NCBI GenBank assembly: GCA_963422375.2 | Contig: OY729427.2 | Coordinates: 704,001 to 768,000 of the forward strand | Origin: Bryobacterales bacterium | Lineage (GTDB): Bacteria > Acidobacteriota > Terriglobia > Bryobacterales > UBA6623 | Length of the DNA: 64,000 nucleotides | Direction of reading: 5' to 3' | Shown here: positions 1 through 12,638 of the stretch, in pieces | Layout: each line of letters begins with the position of its first letter | How positions within the stretch are numbered: position 1 is the stretch's first letter | Notes under the pieces: model-generated | Database searches by the model: none | What the model was told of the DNA's origin: nothing | The model's input: the letters and a program-made list of their open reading frames with translations, nothing else | Made by a program: the position numbers and the translations under genes

Positions 1-758
1 CCATCGTCGACCCCGCAGCCAATATCCACGAGGCGGCCGACATCGGCCCGTATTGCATCGTGGGTCCCGACGTCACCATCGGGGCCGGCACCAGGCTGCT
101 GGGCCACGTCTGCGCCGACGGCTTGACGGACATCGGCGAGGACAATGCCTTCCACCCCTTCTCGACGGTCGGGGCCGCGCCCCAAGATCTCAAGTACCGC
201 GGGGAGCGATCACGCACCTTGATCGGCGACCGAAACCAGGTCAGGGAATTCTGCACCATACACCGAGGCACACGGGGCGGGGGAAACCTGACTCGCATCG
301 GCAGCGACAACCTCCTGCAGGCCTACGCCCATGTCGCGCACGACTGCCTAGTGGGATCGCACTGCATTCTGTCGCACTCGGCAACGCTAGGAGGCCACGT
401 TACCGTCGAGGACCACGCGGTGATCGGAGCGCACTGCGGCGTTCACCAGTTCTGCGTCGTCGGGGCGCACAGCTACGTCGGCGGGTTCAGCGTCATCACC
501 CAGGACGTGCTGCCGTTCGCGCTGGTCGTGAGCGAACGGGAGGCGCGGACGTTCGGCATCAACAAGGTCGGGCTGGAGCGGCGCGGCTTTCCGAAGAGCG
601 AGATCCAAGCGCTGCACAAGGCCTTCCGCATCCTCACCAAGTCCGGCCTCAACACGGAGCGGGCGCTGGCCAGGATCGCGGAGGAACTGGAAGACTCCCC
701 CAACCTAGCCCGGGTGCGGGCCTTCGTCGCGAGGTCGAAGCGAGGGCTCGTGAAGTGA
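1..758 (+). CDS. lpxA: acyl-ACP--UDP-N-acetylglucosamine O-acyltransferase (5'-partial)
   Basis: Frame open from the window edge; hexapeptide repeats, PQDLKY, HRGT, AHVAHDC and VHQFC motifs; stop TGA 756-758. Confidence 0.95.
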   Translation, partial: IVDPAANIHEAADIGPYCIVGPDVTIGAGTRLLGHVCADGLTDIGEDNAFHPFSTVGAAPQDLKYRGERSRTLIGDRNQVREFCTIHRGTRGGGNLTRIGSDNLLQAYAHVAHDCLVGSHCILSHSATLGGHVTVEDHAVIGAHCGVHQFCVVGAHSYVGGFSVITQDVLPFALVVSEREARTFGINKVGLERRGFPKSEIQALHKAFRILTKSGLNTERALARIAEELEDSPNLARVRAFVARSKRGLVK

Positions 759-1558
759 AGTTCGGGCTGATCGCCGGAGGAGGCGACTTCCCGCTGCTCA
801 CGCTACGGTCCGCTCGGCAGGCCGGACACGAGGTCGCCGTGGTCGCGATCCGGGAAGAGGCCCCGCCCGAGATCGAGAGCCTAGCCGATTCCTGCCGCTG
901 GATCTCGTTAGGCCAGCTGTCCAAGCTGATCGAGACGTTCCGCTCCGAGGGCGTCAGCCAGGCCGTGATGGCGGGCCGGATCCGGCACGCGCAGATCTTT
1001 TCCGCGATCCGGCCCGACTGGCGCCTGCTCAAGGTGCTGAATGCGCTCAGGCGCAAGAATACGGACTCGCTGCTGGGAGCTCTCGCGCAGGTCCTCGAGG
1101 ACGAGGGCATTTCCCTCCTCGATTCCACGCACTTCCTAGCCTCGAGCTTGGCCGGCCTGGGGCCGAACGGGCGGCGCAAGCCGTCCGCAGGGGAGCGACG
1201 CAACATCGAGTACGGGCAGGAGGTCGCCAAGGCGCTGGCCGCCTACGACATCGGGCAGAGCGTGGTGATTTGCGAGCAGGCCTGCGTCGCGGTCGAAGCG
1301 ATGGAGGGCACGGACGCCGTCTTGGAGCGCGCCGGAAGGCTGGCCAACGGGCGCGAGCTGACGTTGGTCAAGGTGGCGAAGCCGAATCAGGACATGCGCT
1401 TCGACGTGCCGGTGATCGGCCCGCGCACGATCCGCAAGATGCAGGCGGCCAACGCGACGGCGGCCAGCATCGAGGCTGGCAGGACCCTGCTGCTCGAGAA
1501 GGACCGTCTGCTGGCCGATGCGGACCGGGCCGGCATCTGCGTCGTCGGATCGGGATGA
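755..1558 (+). CDS. lpxI: UDP-2,3-diacylglucosamine diphosphatase LpxI
   Basis: GTG overlapping the lpxA stop; GLIAGGGDFP, DIGQSVV, AVEAMEGTD and QDMRFDVPVIG motifs. Confidence 0.93.
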   Translation: MKFGLIAGGGDFPLLTLRSARQAGHEVAVVAIREEAPPEIESLADSCRWISLGQLSKLIETFRSEGVSQAVMAGRIRHAQIFSAIRPDWRLLKVLNALRRKNTDSLLGALAQVLEDEGISLLDSTHFLASSLAGLGPNGRRKPSAGERRNIEYGQEVAKALAAYDIGQSVVICEQACVAVEAMEGTDAVLERAGRLANGRELTLVKVAKPNQDMRFDVPVIGPRTIRKMQAANATAASIEAGRTLLLEKDRLLADADRAGICVVGSG

Positions 1559-1574
1559 GCGCCGGCCGGGCGCA

Positions 1575-4151
<2,577 letters not shown>

Positions 4152-4160
4152 CCGGTCGCG

Positions 4161-5900
4161 CTAGGGCCGGCGGTATACCGTCCGCCCGCCGAGGACGGTT
4201 TCCACCACCACGGTGTCCCTCAGCCAGTTGATCGGGCAGGTGAGAATGTCCCGGTCGATCACCGCGAAGTCCGCGTACTTGCCCGGCTCGAGCGACCCCT
4301 TCACGTCCTCGTCGAACGACAGGTAGGCCGCGCTCAGCGTCCACATGCGCAGCGCCTCCTCGCGGGTGACGCGCTGCTCGGGGTTGTGGACCGAGCCGTC
4401 CCGCGCGACGCGGGTCACAGCGATCCACATGCCGAAGAAAGGGGCGTATGGATTGACGGGCTCGCGGGGGTCGAACTTGATCATGTGGTCCGAGCCTCCC
4501 GCCACCACCACGCCGGCGTCGAGGATCGAGCGGTAGGGCTGCAGGGTGCCCATCCTGCCGGCGCCCAGGACCTTCGACAGCGCCGGCCCGTCGAAGTGGT
4601 ACCAAGCCGGCTGCATGTCCGCCACCACCCCCAGCCGCGCGGCCCGGGCGATGGCCTCGCCGGTGAGGAAGTTGGCGTGAGTCAGCGTGAAGCGCCTCCC
4701 GGCGATCGGAGTCTCCCGATGCACCGCCTCGTAGGCGTTCAGCAGGATATCGGTCGAGCCCCCGCCCGTCGTGTGCGCGGTCATCTGCCAGCCGAGCCGG
4801 GCGGCCAGCCCAACGATCCGCTCGAGGCCTTCCGGCCGGATCCGCAGGACGCCCCGATAGTCGGGATCCTCGAATCCGTAGACTTCGGTGTTCTCGCCGT
4901 AGGGAGCGCGCATGTAAGCCGTGCCGAGGAGGATGCCGCCGTCCAAGGCGACGTTGAGCGAGCCGATGCGGAGCATCCCGTCGCCATGCCCCGTCACCTG
5001 TCCCAGTCCCTCGATTTCCGCCAGCACCTCCGCCAGCGGCCGCCCGGCGTCGATCCGGCGGGTGACGTACGAGCGGACGCGCAGCGCGCCCGCGCGCCAG
5101 AGCTCCTGGTAGGCCCGCAAGCCGGGGGCCGTCTGGCTGCGATCGATGACGCTGGTCAGGCCGACGCTGGAGTAGTAGGCCCGCTGCATGGCTTCCAGCG
5201 CACGCGCGCGTTCCTCGTGGGTGTGCTCCCGCGAGTCCAGCAGCGGGGCTACCAGCTGCCGCGCTCCCACAACCAAGCCCGTCGGCTCGCCGGTCCCGTC
5301 ACGAACGAGCTTGCCGTCGCCCGGATCCGGCGTCGCGGCCGAGATCCCGGCGGCCCGCAGGGCGGCCGAGTTGAGAACCGCGGCATAGCCGTTGTCGAGC
5401 ATGACGGGCCGGTCCCCGGAATACTCGTCGATCTCCCAGCGGTTGGGATATCGTCCTTCCGCGAGCCGCGTCGAGTAGACCTTGGGGACGAACACCAAGC
5501 CGTCGCCCCGCCTCAGGGCGCGGGACACGTGAGCCCGCACGTCGTCGAAGCCCCGCAGCGCCGGTATGGCTCCGTCGGACTCGGACAGCGCCGCGCTGAT
5601 CGGATGCACGTGGCTGTCGATCAGGCCCGGCACCACGGTTCGGCCCCGCAGGTCGACCTGCACGGTCCGCGGGCCCGTGCCACGTCCGACGGCCTGCGTC
5701 GTGCCGACGTTCAGCACGCGCCCCGCGGCGACCGTCATGGCTTCCGCGAGCGGTCGCTCCGGCCACATCGTCACAATGCGGCCGTTGTAATAGAGCGTAT
5801 CGGCCGGGCCGGCCGGGACCTCGCGCCGAGGGGGCCAGCGCTGCGGCCAAGCCGCCGACACCGCCAGCAGGAGCAGCATCGCCAAGCGCATCTGCGTCAT
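4161..5900 (-). CDS. secreted amidohydrolase (amidohydrolase_3/YtcJ-like)
   Basis: Signal peptide; PGLIDSHVH, GGSD and GSLEPGKYADF motifs. Confidence 0.88.
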   Translation of the reverse strand: MTQMRLAMLLLLAVSAAWPQRWPPRREVPAGPADTLYYNGRIVTMWPERPLAEAMTVAAGRVLNVGTTQAVGRGTGPRTVQVDLRGRTVVPGLIDSHVHPISAALSESDGAIPALRGFDDVRAHVSRALRRGDGLVFVPKVYSTRLAEGRYPNRWEIDEYSGDRPVMLDNGYAAVLNSAALRAAGISAATPDPGDGKLVRDGTGEPTGLVVGARQLVAPLLDSREHTHEERARALEAMQRAYYSSVGLTSVIDRSQTAPGLRAYQELWRAGALRVRSYVTRRIDAGRPLAEVLAEIEGLGQVTGHGDGMLRIGSLNVALDGGILLGTAYMRAPYGENTEVYGFEDPDYRGVLRIRPEGLERIVGLAARLGWQMTAHTTGGGSTDILLNAYEAVHRETPIAGRRFTLTHANFLTGEAIARAARLGVVADMQPAWYHFDGPALSKVLGAGRMGTLQPYRSILDAGVVVAGGSDHMIKFDPREPVNPYAPFFGMWIAVTRVARDGSVHNPEQRVTREEALRMWTLSAAYLSFDEDVKGSLEPGKYADFAVIDRDILTCPINWLRDTVVVETVLGGRTVYRRP

Positions 5901-5966
5901 GGTATCCCTCGATAGAGCCGCGACCGGGCGCCGGTCCGGGAAGGGCGGGGGCCGGGCGACCGGCCG

Positions 5967-6830
5967 CTACCAAGTCGGATCGCCGGGACGACCGACGGCG
6001 GGCTCGCCCTCGAGATAGCCGAGGGACGCGAGGAAGCGGTCCATGTGCCAGACCGTGCTCGTGTACGAGGCCCGGCTGCGGCCGTAGTTGAAGAAGCCGT
6101 GCGGCCGACCGTCGTAGCCGACCAGCTCGCAGCGATTGCCGGCCTCCACCATCGCCTCGCAGAACGCCTCGGCGGTAGCGTACGGGACGGTCCGGTCGGC
6201 CTTGCCGTGAAAGACGATCGTGGGCGGGTCGCCCTTGCCGACGTGATGCAGCGGAGAGCCCTCGAGGCGACGTTCCCCCCAGCGCTCGCTGCCCGACAGG
6301 TCCGTGGCGGGGTTGAACAGGACCAAGGCGTTCGGCCTGGAACTCACTGAAGCGTCCTCGCCCGGCTCTTCCAGGCCATCTATGACTCCGGTCGTCGCCG
6401 CGACGTGCCCGCCCGCCGACCCGCCGCCGGAGGCGATCCGGTCCGGATCGATTCCGAGTTCCGCGGCATGCTGGCGCATCCACCGAACCGCGGACTTCCC
6501 GTCGGCGATGCACTCGCGGGGCGACGTGCCGTGGCTGCCGCGCGTGCGGTACTGCGCACTCACGGCGACCATGCCGCGAGACGCTAGATAGCGGCTTTGC
6601 GGGAAGAACTGGGAGGGGGACCCGCCGACCCAGCCGCCGCCGAAGAAGAACACGATGGCGGACCGCCTGTCGCCTGCCGACCAGCCGTCCGGGAGGAAGA
6701 CGTTGAGCTCGAGAGGATCCTTGTCGAAGCTCTTGTAGACGATTTGCTTGTCCGGTTCAAACGAGCGGTCCTGCGCGAAGACCCAAGCAGGCACCAGAAC
6801 GAGAGCGACAACGAGAGCCGACAACTTCAT
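5967..6830 (-). CDS. secreted alpha/beta hydrolase (esterase)
   Basis: Signal peptide; FFGGGW oxyanion motif, GGSAGG nucleophile elbow, D and HGFF triad. Confidence 0.88.
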   Translation of the reverse strand: MKLSALVVALVLVPAWVFAQDRSFEPDKQIVYKSFDKDPLELNVFLPDGWSAGDRRSAIVFFFGGGWVGGSPSQFFPQSRYLASRGMVAVSAQYRTRGSHGTSPRECIADGKSAVRWMRQHAAELGIDPDRIASGGGSAGGHVAATTGVIDGLEEPGEDASVSSRPNALVLFNPATDLSGSERWGERRLEGSPLHHVGKGDPPTIVFHGKADRTVPYATAEAFCEAMVEAGNRCELVGYDGRPHGFFNYGRSRASYTSTVWHMDRFLASLGYLEGEPAVGRPGDPTW

Positions 6831-6915
6831 GGCCTAGAGTCTATCAACGCCGGAGTCTCGCTCGTCCGGCCGTAGCGCGGCTGCGCGCCGCCGATGCCCG
6901 GGGGGGCCCGTCAGG

Positions 6916-9618
6916 TCAGGGACGCGGGTCGGGCGAGGCGACCAGCGGCTCGCCCGGCTGGTCCGGCAGCGCGTGGATCGAGTGGCTGATCTCCGTTTCG
7001 ATCCGGTCCCCGGCGGCGGTCCGAATGCTGACGGCCGTCATCATTTGCATGACGCGCCGCAAATCGTCGACCTCGATCCGCACCGTCTTGCGGTCCGGCA
7101 GCAGCCGGACCGCGCGCACGTTCATCTCCTCGACGCCCGGCTCGCCGTCGAGCCTCCAGCGGTCGGAGCCGTACCGGCTCAGCCACTTGTAGTTCCAGCG
7201 CCTGACCCGGTAGCTGGCCGGATCCTCGGCGGTCTGCGGGTCCAGCTCGTGCAGGAAGGAAACGTCGATGCCCTTGCGGCTGACGTGCAGCTCGCTGGGC
7301 ACGAGCACCTTGCCCCCCGTGTACCGAACGCGGTGAAAGCCTCCGACAGCCTTGCGCTTGGTGCCCCAGCCGTAGAGACCCGCCGTATACAGGTTGCCAT
7401 CGCTGGCGCGGAAGTCCGGGCGCATCAGGCCGGTGTCGATATCGACGGGCAGTTCGACTGCGCCTCCCTGCACCGTGCCGCCCGCTCGCTCCATGAGCAC
7501 GAGGAAGATCTTGCCCCGGCCGAACGAGGAATGGACGAGATGACCCTGGAACGGGCCCCAGCGGTCGCTGTCGACCCAAGCCTGGCCCGCCCCGGAATTG
7601 TCGACGCTGATCGGCAGCCACGTGATCGGGTCGTCGTAGCCATCCCGGTCGGGGATGCTGCCGCCCCACATGTACCCGTGGAAGCTACCCGGCGAGCAGA
7701 GGTTGAGCCGGGTGGACGGAATCCAGTGACCTTCCTGGTCCGACGTGGTGATCAAGCCGCCCGGACCGACCGCGACGCCGTTCGGCACGCGGAACCCCGT
7801 GCAAACGACTTCGAGGTTCCTGCCCTCGGAATCCATCTTGAAGATGACGCCGTGATGCTTGACCTTCGCCGGCAGGGCATGCCGCGCCGCCTTGGCGAAA
7901 TAGAAGTTGCCCTCGCGGTCGCGGTCCAGGTCGAAGGTGAACTCGTGGAAGTGGTGGGTTACGTGGAAGTCGCTGTTGAAATTCTCGTAGTAGTCGGCCT
8001 GGCCGTCCCTGTTCAGGTCGTGCAGGCGGGTGATCTGATCCCTGTCTAGGACATAGACCGTGCCGTCCACCACCTCCAGGCCCTGTGGCATGTGGAAGCC
8101 GACGGCGTAGCGCGTCCACGTTAGCTCGTCTAGGTCCTCGTCGACGCCGTCCACAATCCATACGTCGCCGGACCAAGTGGCCACAGCCGCCCGGTCGTCG
8201 TCGAAGAACGCGAAATCCGTCGGGCGGAACCACGACTTCCACGGGTTGCCGAAGGGGAGAGCGATCTCGTCTACAGTCCAAGGCCCGGAGCCGTCCCCGA
8301 GACGTCCCGTCGTGACGGTCTCCTTGCGGTAGGTCCGCGGACCTCCTCGCAGGTACGGCTCCAGCCTCTCCGGCCGGGGGGCGCTTCGAAGCGCGCCCGC
8401 GAACGACCCGAGACGCTCGGACGGCAGCCGGGCGTAGTAGACGCTGAACCGCTGCGTCTCCGAGGACCGAGGAATCCGCAGGCGCACCTCGCCGGGTGCC
8501 GACAGATCCCACCGCGCCTTCTTGCCGAGTCCGGCGACGCCGACGGTCGTGCCCTCGCCGGGGCCGAGATGGACCAGGTGATCCGTCGCGGCCCCCTTGC
8601 CGGGAGCGAGCCGCCGGAGCGATAGCTGGCGTGCCTCCGAGCCTCGCGCGAAGGCCACCTCGAGCACGAGATCGTCGCGGGAGGGCCCGACCTCGAACGT
8701 GCGGGTCAGCGCCTCGACGCCCCAGTCCGACTGCAGCCCGGGCATTTCGAGGATGTCGGTGCCGCCGACCGAGTACCGCAGGACGACCCGATCACCGAAC
8801 ATGTAGCGGCCCTTGTACCGGGCCCAGTCGGACGGCAGGGGCCCGAAGCCGTCCGGGCGCGGATCCGAGAAGCTGCCGTCCCGGGCCCATCCCGGCGCCA
8901 CGGGGGTCTCGAACGCGGGCTCGCCGTCAAGATGCGGGTGCGGCCCGTGCTTCCAGTCGTAAACCGTCCCGGTCAGCACGTACTCGGCGCCGTTCCAGCC
9001 GGCCGCCATGCGGAGCAGCTCGGTGTCGAAGATGACGCCGGACCGCCGCCCGTCCGCCAGCATGATGGCGTGCGACTTGTAGCTGACGTTGTCGCCGGGG
9101 CCCTTGTCCGCACGAGGGTCCGCGGGCTCGCGCACCGTCACGCTGGCCGAGATGACGGGGCCGTAGTCCATGTGCAGCCAAGGCTGCTCGTCCCTCTTGG
9201 TGCTGTCGTCGAACCGGGTGCTGGCGAACGGGGCTCCCTGGTCGATCCAAGCGCGCAGGATGCCGATCTGCTCGTCGCTCAGCGTGCCGCCGGCCGGCGG
9301 CATGACCAGATTCTCTTCCATGCCGGCTACGAGGTGGATCAGACGGCTGCCGGCGCTGTCGCGATCAGTGATCGCGGGACGGCCCGAGTAGCCGCCTCGG
9401 ACGGCGGATTTCTTCCGCCAGAGGCTGTAGCCGTTCATCGCGACGTCGTCTCCGTGGCACATGTAGCAGTGCTGGACGAAGATTGGATCCACGTCAGCCA
9501 TGAAGTCGACCTTGCGGTCGGCCGGTGGAGGGAGGCTCGGTGCGCCCACCGCGAGGAGGGGAAGCACCGCGCCCGTCAGGAAGCAAGCGGCCAAGACCGA
9601 CAGTTTGCGCTTGGACAT
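6916..9618 (-). CDS. Planctomycete-type cytochrome c domain + DUF6797-like/beta-propeller protein
   Basis: Signal peptide, CYMCH heme motif with LVMPP axial Met region, then propeller-like repeats (GFRVPNG, DQEGHW). Confidence 0.7.
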   Translation of the reverse strand: MSKRKLSVLAACFLTGAVLPLLAVGAPSLPPPADRKVDFMADVDPIFVQHCYMCHGDDVAMNGYSLWRKKSAVRGGYSGRPAITDRDSAGSRLIHLVAGMEENLVMPPAGGTLSDEQIGILRAWIDQGAPFASTRFDDSTKRDEQPWLHMDYGPVISASVTVREPADPRADKGPGDNVSYKSHAIMLADGRRSGVIFDTELLRMAAGWNGAEYVLTGTVYDWKHGPHPHLDGEPAFETPVAPGWARDGSFSDPRPDGFGPLPSDWARYKGRYMFGDRVVLRYSVGGTDILEMPGLQSDWGVEALTRTFEVGPSRDDLVLEVAFARGSEARQLSLRRLAPGKGAATDHLVHLGPGEGTTVGVAGLGKKARWDLSAPGEVRLRIPRSSETQRFSVYYARLPSERLGSFAGALRSAPRPERLEPYLRGGPRTYRKETVTTGRLGDGSGPWTVDEIALPFGNPWKSWFRPTDFAFFDDDRAAVATWSGDVWIVDGVDEDLDELTWTRYAVGFHMPQGLEVVDGTVYVLDRDQITRLHDLNRDGQADYYENFNSDFHVTHHFHEFTFDLDRDREGNFYFAKAARHALPAKVKHHGVIFKMDSEGRNLEVVCTGFRVPNGVAVGPGGLITTSDQEGHWIPSTRLNLCSPGSFHGYMWGGSIPDRDGYDDPITWLPISVDNSGAGQAWVDSDRWGPFQGHLVHSSFGRGKIFLVLMERAGGTVQGGAVELPVDIDTGLMRPDFRASDGNLYTAGLYGWGTKRKAVGGFHRVRYTGGKVLVPSELHVSRKGIDVSFLHELDPQTAEDPASYRVRRWNYKWLSRYGSDRWRLDGEPGVEEMNVRAVRLLPDRKTVRIEVDDLRRVMQMMTAVSIRTAAGDRIETEISHSIHALPDQPGEPLVASPDPRP

Positions 9619-9876
9619 GGCGATTCCTAATATTCTAGTCTCGGAATCACGAGGCAACGACAGATGCATCCGGCCACCGAGGATGCGTGCCGAAGGACGG
9701 CGACGGCGACCCCACGAGCCACTCCCGGCGCTCGCACGCCGGAAAAGTAAGCGACGTTCAAGCCGCCGAAGGCCCCGGGCCTAGATTGCCGTGCATCCCG
9801 GGCTGCCGCGCGCACCAGCTGCACAGATCCAGGCAAGGCTTCCGCCCCAGTCGGCCTCGCACCGGCCCGGGCAGGA

Positions 9877-10700
9877 TCACGAACTCCGCTCGCGGTTGAG
9901 TTCCAGAAGCGCCGCTAGCGTATCCTCCGCCGAAATGCCCGGCCTCCAGCCGTACGCCGCCGCGACTGCCTCGTCCACTTGGGGGGTGCAAGCTGTCAAG
10001 CCACCGTGGTCGGCGTGTAACGCCGGTCGTTGCCCTGGCCTAGCCACGACCCGAGCCGGAGCGACCAAAGCTCGTGATAGCGGCTGTGCGGGATCCCGGA
10101 CGTCGTGTCATCGTCACCCGCGAAGGCGATCAATTGGCAATCCGGGTATGCCCGTGCGTCGAGCCCCGCGAACAGCCGATGCCTTGCCACCCGCGGTGTC
10201 GCGATGTACCGTTCCAGCGTTTCCAGGCTCTCGAACATCGCCTGTCCGGACCGGTCATTTCGAGATGTGCCGTCTCGGAGAGGATTCCCAGTTGCTCTCC
10301 GTCCATTGCGAGCGCCTCGCCGTCCGAGAACAGACCGCCGGTGAACCATGCCACCCCTTCGAAGTCGACGCAGCCGCCGTGGGCCATCGCCCCGAACCGC
10401 TCGCAGGCGAAATCGCGGAACTGCGCCGGGTGCTTCCGAAGTCTATGGACCATTCGGCTGAATGGCTTGTCGGGAAGCATGCCGATGGCCTCGGCAAGCA
10501 CGCAGAAGAGAATGCGACTCAGGAACTGCGGCTCGTGGCCCGCCACGCGCAACTGGTGCGCGGGCGTCGCGAAGCGAGCCGCCGCCTGCTCGGTGAGCGC
10601 CTTTCGTGTTCGGTCCGGTCGAAGACGCCCGGGCTCCGAGAATGCCCGTTTCGGCTCGGCTCGGGCCCCTTCGGATGTCAGGGCGTTCATTTCGACCTCG
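9877..10700 (-). pseudogene. MmeI-like (type IIL-like) restriction-modification enzyme remnant, internally deleted and frameshifted
   Basis: Fragments in three frames: FLSRILFCVLAEAIGMLP...WFTGGLF; YIATPRVARHRLF...HELWSLRLGSWLGQGNDRRYTPTT; VDEAVAAAYGW...LLELNRER. The central methylase motifs are absent. Confidence 0.8.
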
Positions 10701-10702
10701 TC

Positions 10703-11168
10703 GCCGGACAAGCAGGACATGGGGGAACTTCAGTCCGCTTCGGTCGTAGCCGCGAGGATCGGGCGGGCGCGGCTATCTACTCGGCTGGCGATCACCCACG
10801 TGATCCCTGCCAAGTTCCGGTGAAGGCCTGCTCCTCGGCCTGGTTCGACTGCGGCGACCTCCCGGGACCGCGAGGGTCGAGCGAATCCGGCCCGCCCGAA
10901 GGGCCGCCGCGTATCACGATGGTAGTGCCACCATGCCCACGGCGAACTCTCGCAAGTACTCGATCCTTCACCCCGCAACGCGGGGGCTCGGGACGGTCAG
11001 GACGAGGCTGCCGAACGGGACGGACCTAAGCTCATACCTGCGGAAGGCAATCAAGCGCTTCGACGGGAGGTTTCGTCGAATGAGAAGACGTCCCCAACAA
11101 GGTGTTCGCGTAAACCAGCAGGAGCGGCGAAAGCGCTAGCCTGCCATCGCACTCGGCAATCGGCCGGG
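10703..11168. repeat. diverged direct repeat module, copy A (paralogous to 12357..12895)
   Basis: Collinear similarity to copy B from GCCGGACAAGCAGGAC through GGTTCGACTGCGGCGAC to CGAAAGCGCTAGCC. Confidence 0.9.
10933..11139 (+). CDS. hypothetical small basic protein, 68 aa (copy A, possibly decaying)
   Basis: 32/68 aa identical to 12660..12866 by hand alignment, with synonymous differences; contains an internal compensated frameshift. Confidence 0.55.
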   Translation: MPTANSRKYSILHPATRGLGTVRTRLPNGTDLSSYLRKAIKRFDGRFRRMRRRPQQGVRVNQQERRKR

Positions 11169-12162
11169 ACCTCGCGAAACGAGGCTTGCGGCAGGTCCGG
11201 GAGTCGCATCGCCCCTTCGACACTTGGAAGTTTGAGTAGGGCACATCACCCGCGAGCGCCGGGCTGTCCGGCGCTCCCGCCGTCGGCCCGTCGTTCGTCG
11301 CTTCGACTTTGACCTCGGACTCGCCGGCTTCGCTCGGCGGGAGAGGCGACTCGCGGTGGAGCTCCAGCGGCTGCAATAGGGGCATGCCCAGCTGGAGCAC
11401 CTGCTGTAGTCTCTCGCCCTGAGGCGGCAGCGCTTGGATGAGGCGTTGCGCGACCAAAGCCTCAGCAGTGGCAAACAAGCGAGCCGCCGTCGTTGGACGG
11501 TCTGGAGAATCCGCTCGTCCCGCCTTCCGCCGTGCTCTCGGATGATATGATAACTGGTAGTCGTCATACCTTGGCAGCTGGCACGCCTGATCCTCGCTGC
11601 TGGTAGTCGCCCCAGAACACCCAAAATGGCATTTGCGCCAGCCATCATTCCGCCAAGACGCTACATCCCTCGAGGCTTGCGGAGCTCCCATGAGTTCCTA
11701 CGCTGCTCGCACCTCGGACCAAGAGGATTCGGCGGATTTTGGCTGGCAGAAGATATCAAGAAGATTTCTTCGAGTTAACGCAGATATTGATCACGCGTAG
11801 ACAGGTATCTCATAATGTCTAAATCTAACGAATATGAGATGTTTGTGTTCAATATTGTACATCGAAGAGAACCATATCGACAGTCGATATAATGACGAGG
11901 GCCAATTAAATGAACTAGATTCGGTCACAGAAAATCTGGCCGGATGGACCGAGATGAGGGCAACTTCCAAGCGCCTGACGGGCCGAAGCAGGCCGTCAGG
12001 ATGCCTCCTAGCCCGCCGGTTCCAGTTGAAGTCGAGCCGTCTTCCTAAACCGTGTCACCACACCTACGCAGGCCGCAGCCACACCGCCATTGGACCGGTC
12101 CGTCCGTGGATCCCGAGGTGCCCTCCGGGATCGGGTACCGGGCCAAGGGAAATGCCCCGGCG

Positions 12163-12309
12163 ACTTACCGCACGCAGAGCGGCGCGGCGGTCGGGGCACG
12201 GCTCCGGCAGCGTCGACGCAGCCGCACATGGCAGCCGGCAGGTGATCGCATTCAGGTCGTAGCGCCGGTTGAAGGGGTTCAGGAACTCCGCAAGACAGAG
12301 CGCTAGATC
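12163..12309 (-). pseudogene. C-terminal remnant of an IS1595-family transposase (unrelated to the two full copies)
   Basis: Translates to LAEFLNPFNRRYDLNAITCRLPCAAASTLP, resembling the YLAEFxYRFNRRxDL C-terminal motif. Confidence 0.55.
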
Positions 12310-12638
12310 ACGCCGTCAACCGCGCCCCGGCGACAGCGGGCCCAAGGCCATTCGAAGCCGGAATCAAGCAAGACGTGGGGCGCTTCGGTTCGCTTTCATC
12401 ACAGGCGGGAGGATCAAGCGGGCGAGGCTGTCCACCCGGCCGGAGATCCCGTCCGTGATCCCCGCTAGTTTCCGCTGAAGGCCCCCTCTGCGGCCCGCCC
12501 CGGGGCGGCCGGCTGTCTCCGCTCCCACCCATAGCCGCCGGCCTCCCAACCAAGCCCGCGCTCGGCCGGGTTCGACTGCGGCGACATCTGGGGACCGCGA
12601 ACTGCGATCGAATCCGGCCTGCCCGGAGGCCCGCCGCG

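Noticed and set aside
10730..10978. Minus-strand module peptide as an MntA-type nucleotidyltransferase
   Set aside because: Only vague resemblance; the GS..DxD catalytic motif is not present, so it is left unassigned.
11200..11700. ORFs 11032..11691 and 11136..11648, and a plus-strand coiled-coil-like frame with stops
   Set aside because: No recognisable family and the coding strand cannot be determined; probably a relic.
12564..12619. tRNA (GGTTCGA and TCGAATCC T-loop-like words)
   Set aside because: No paired T-stem, D-arm or acceptor stem; the words are the arms of one inverted repeat.
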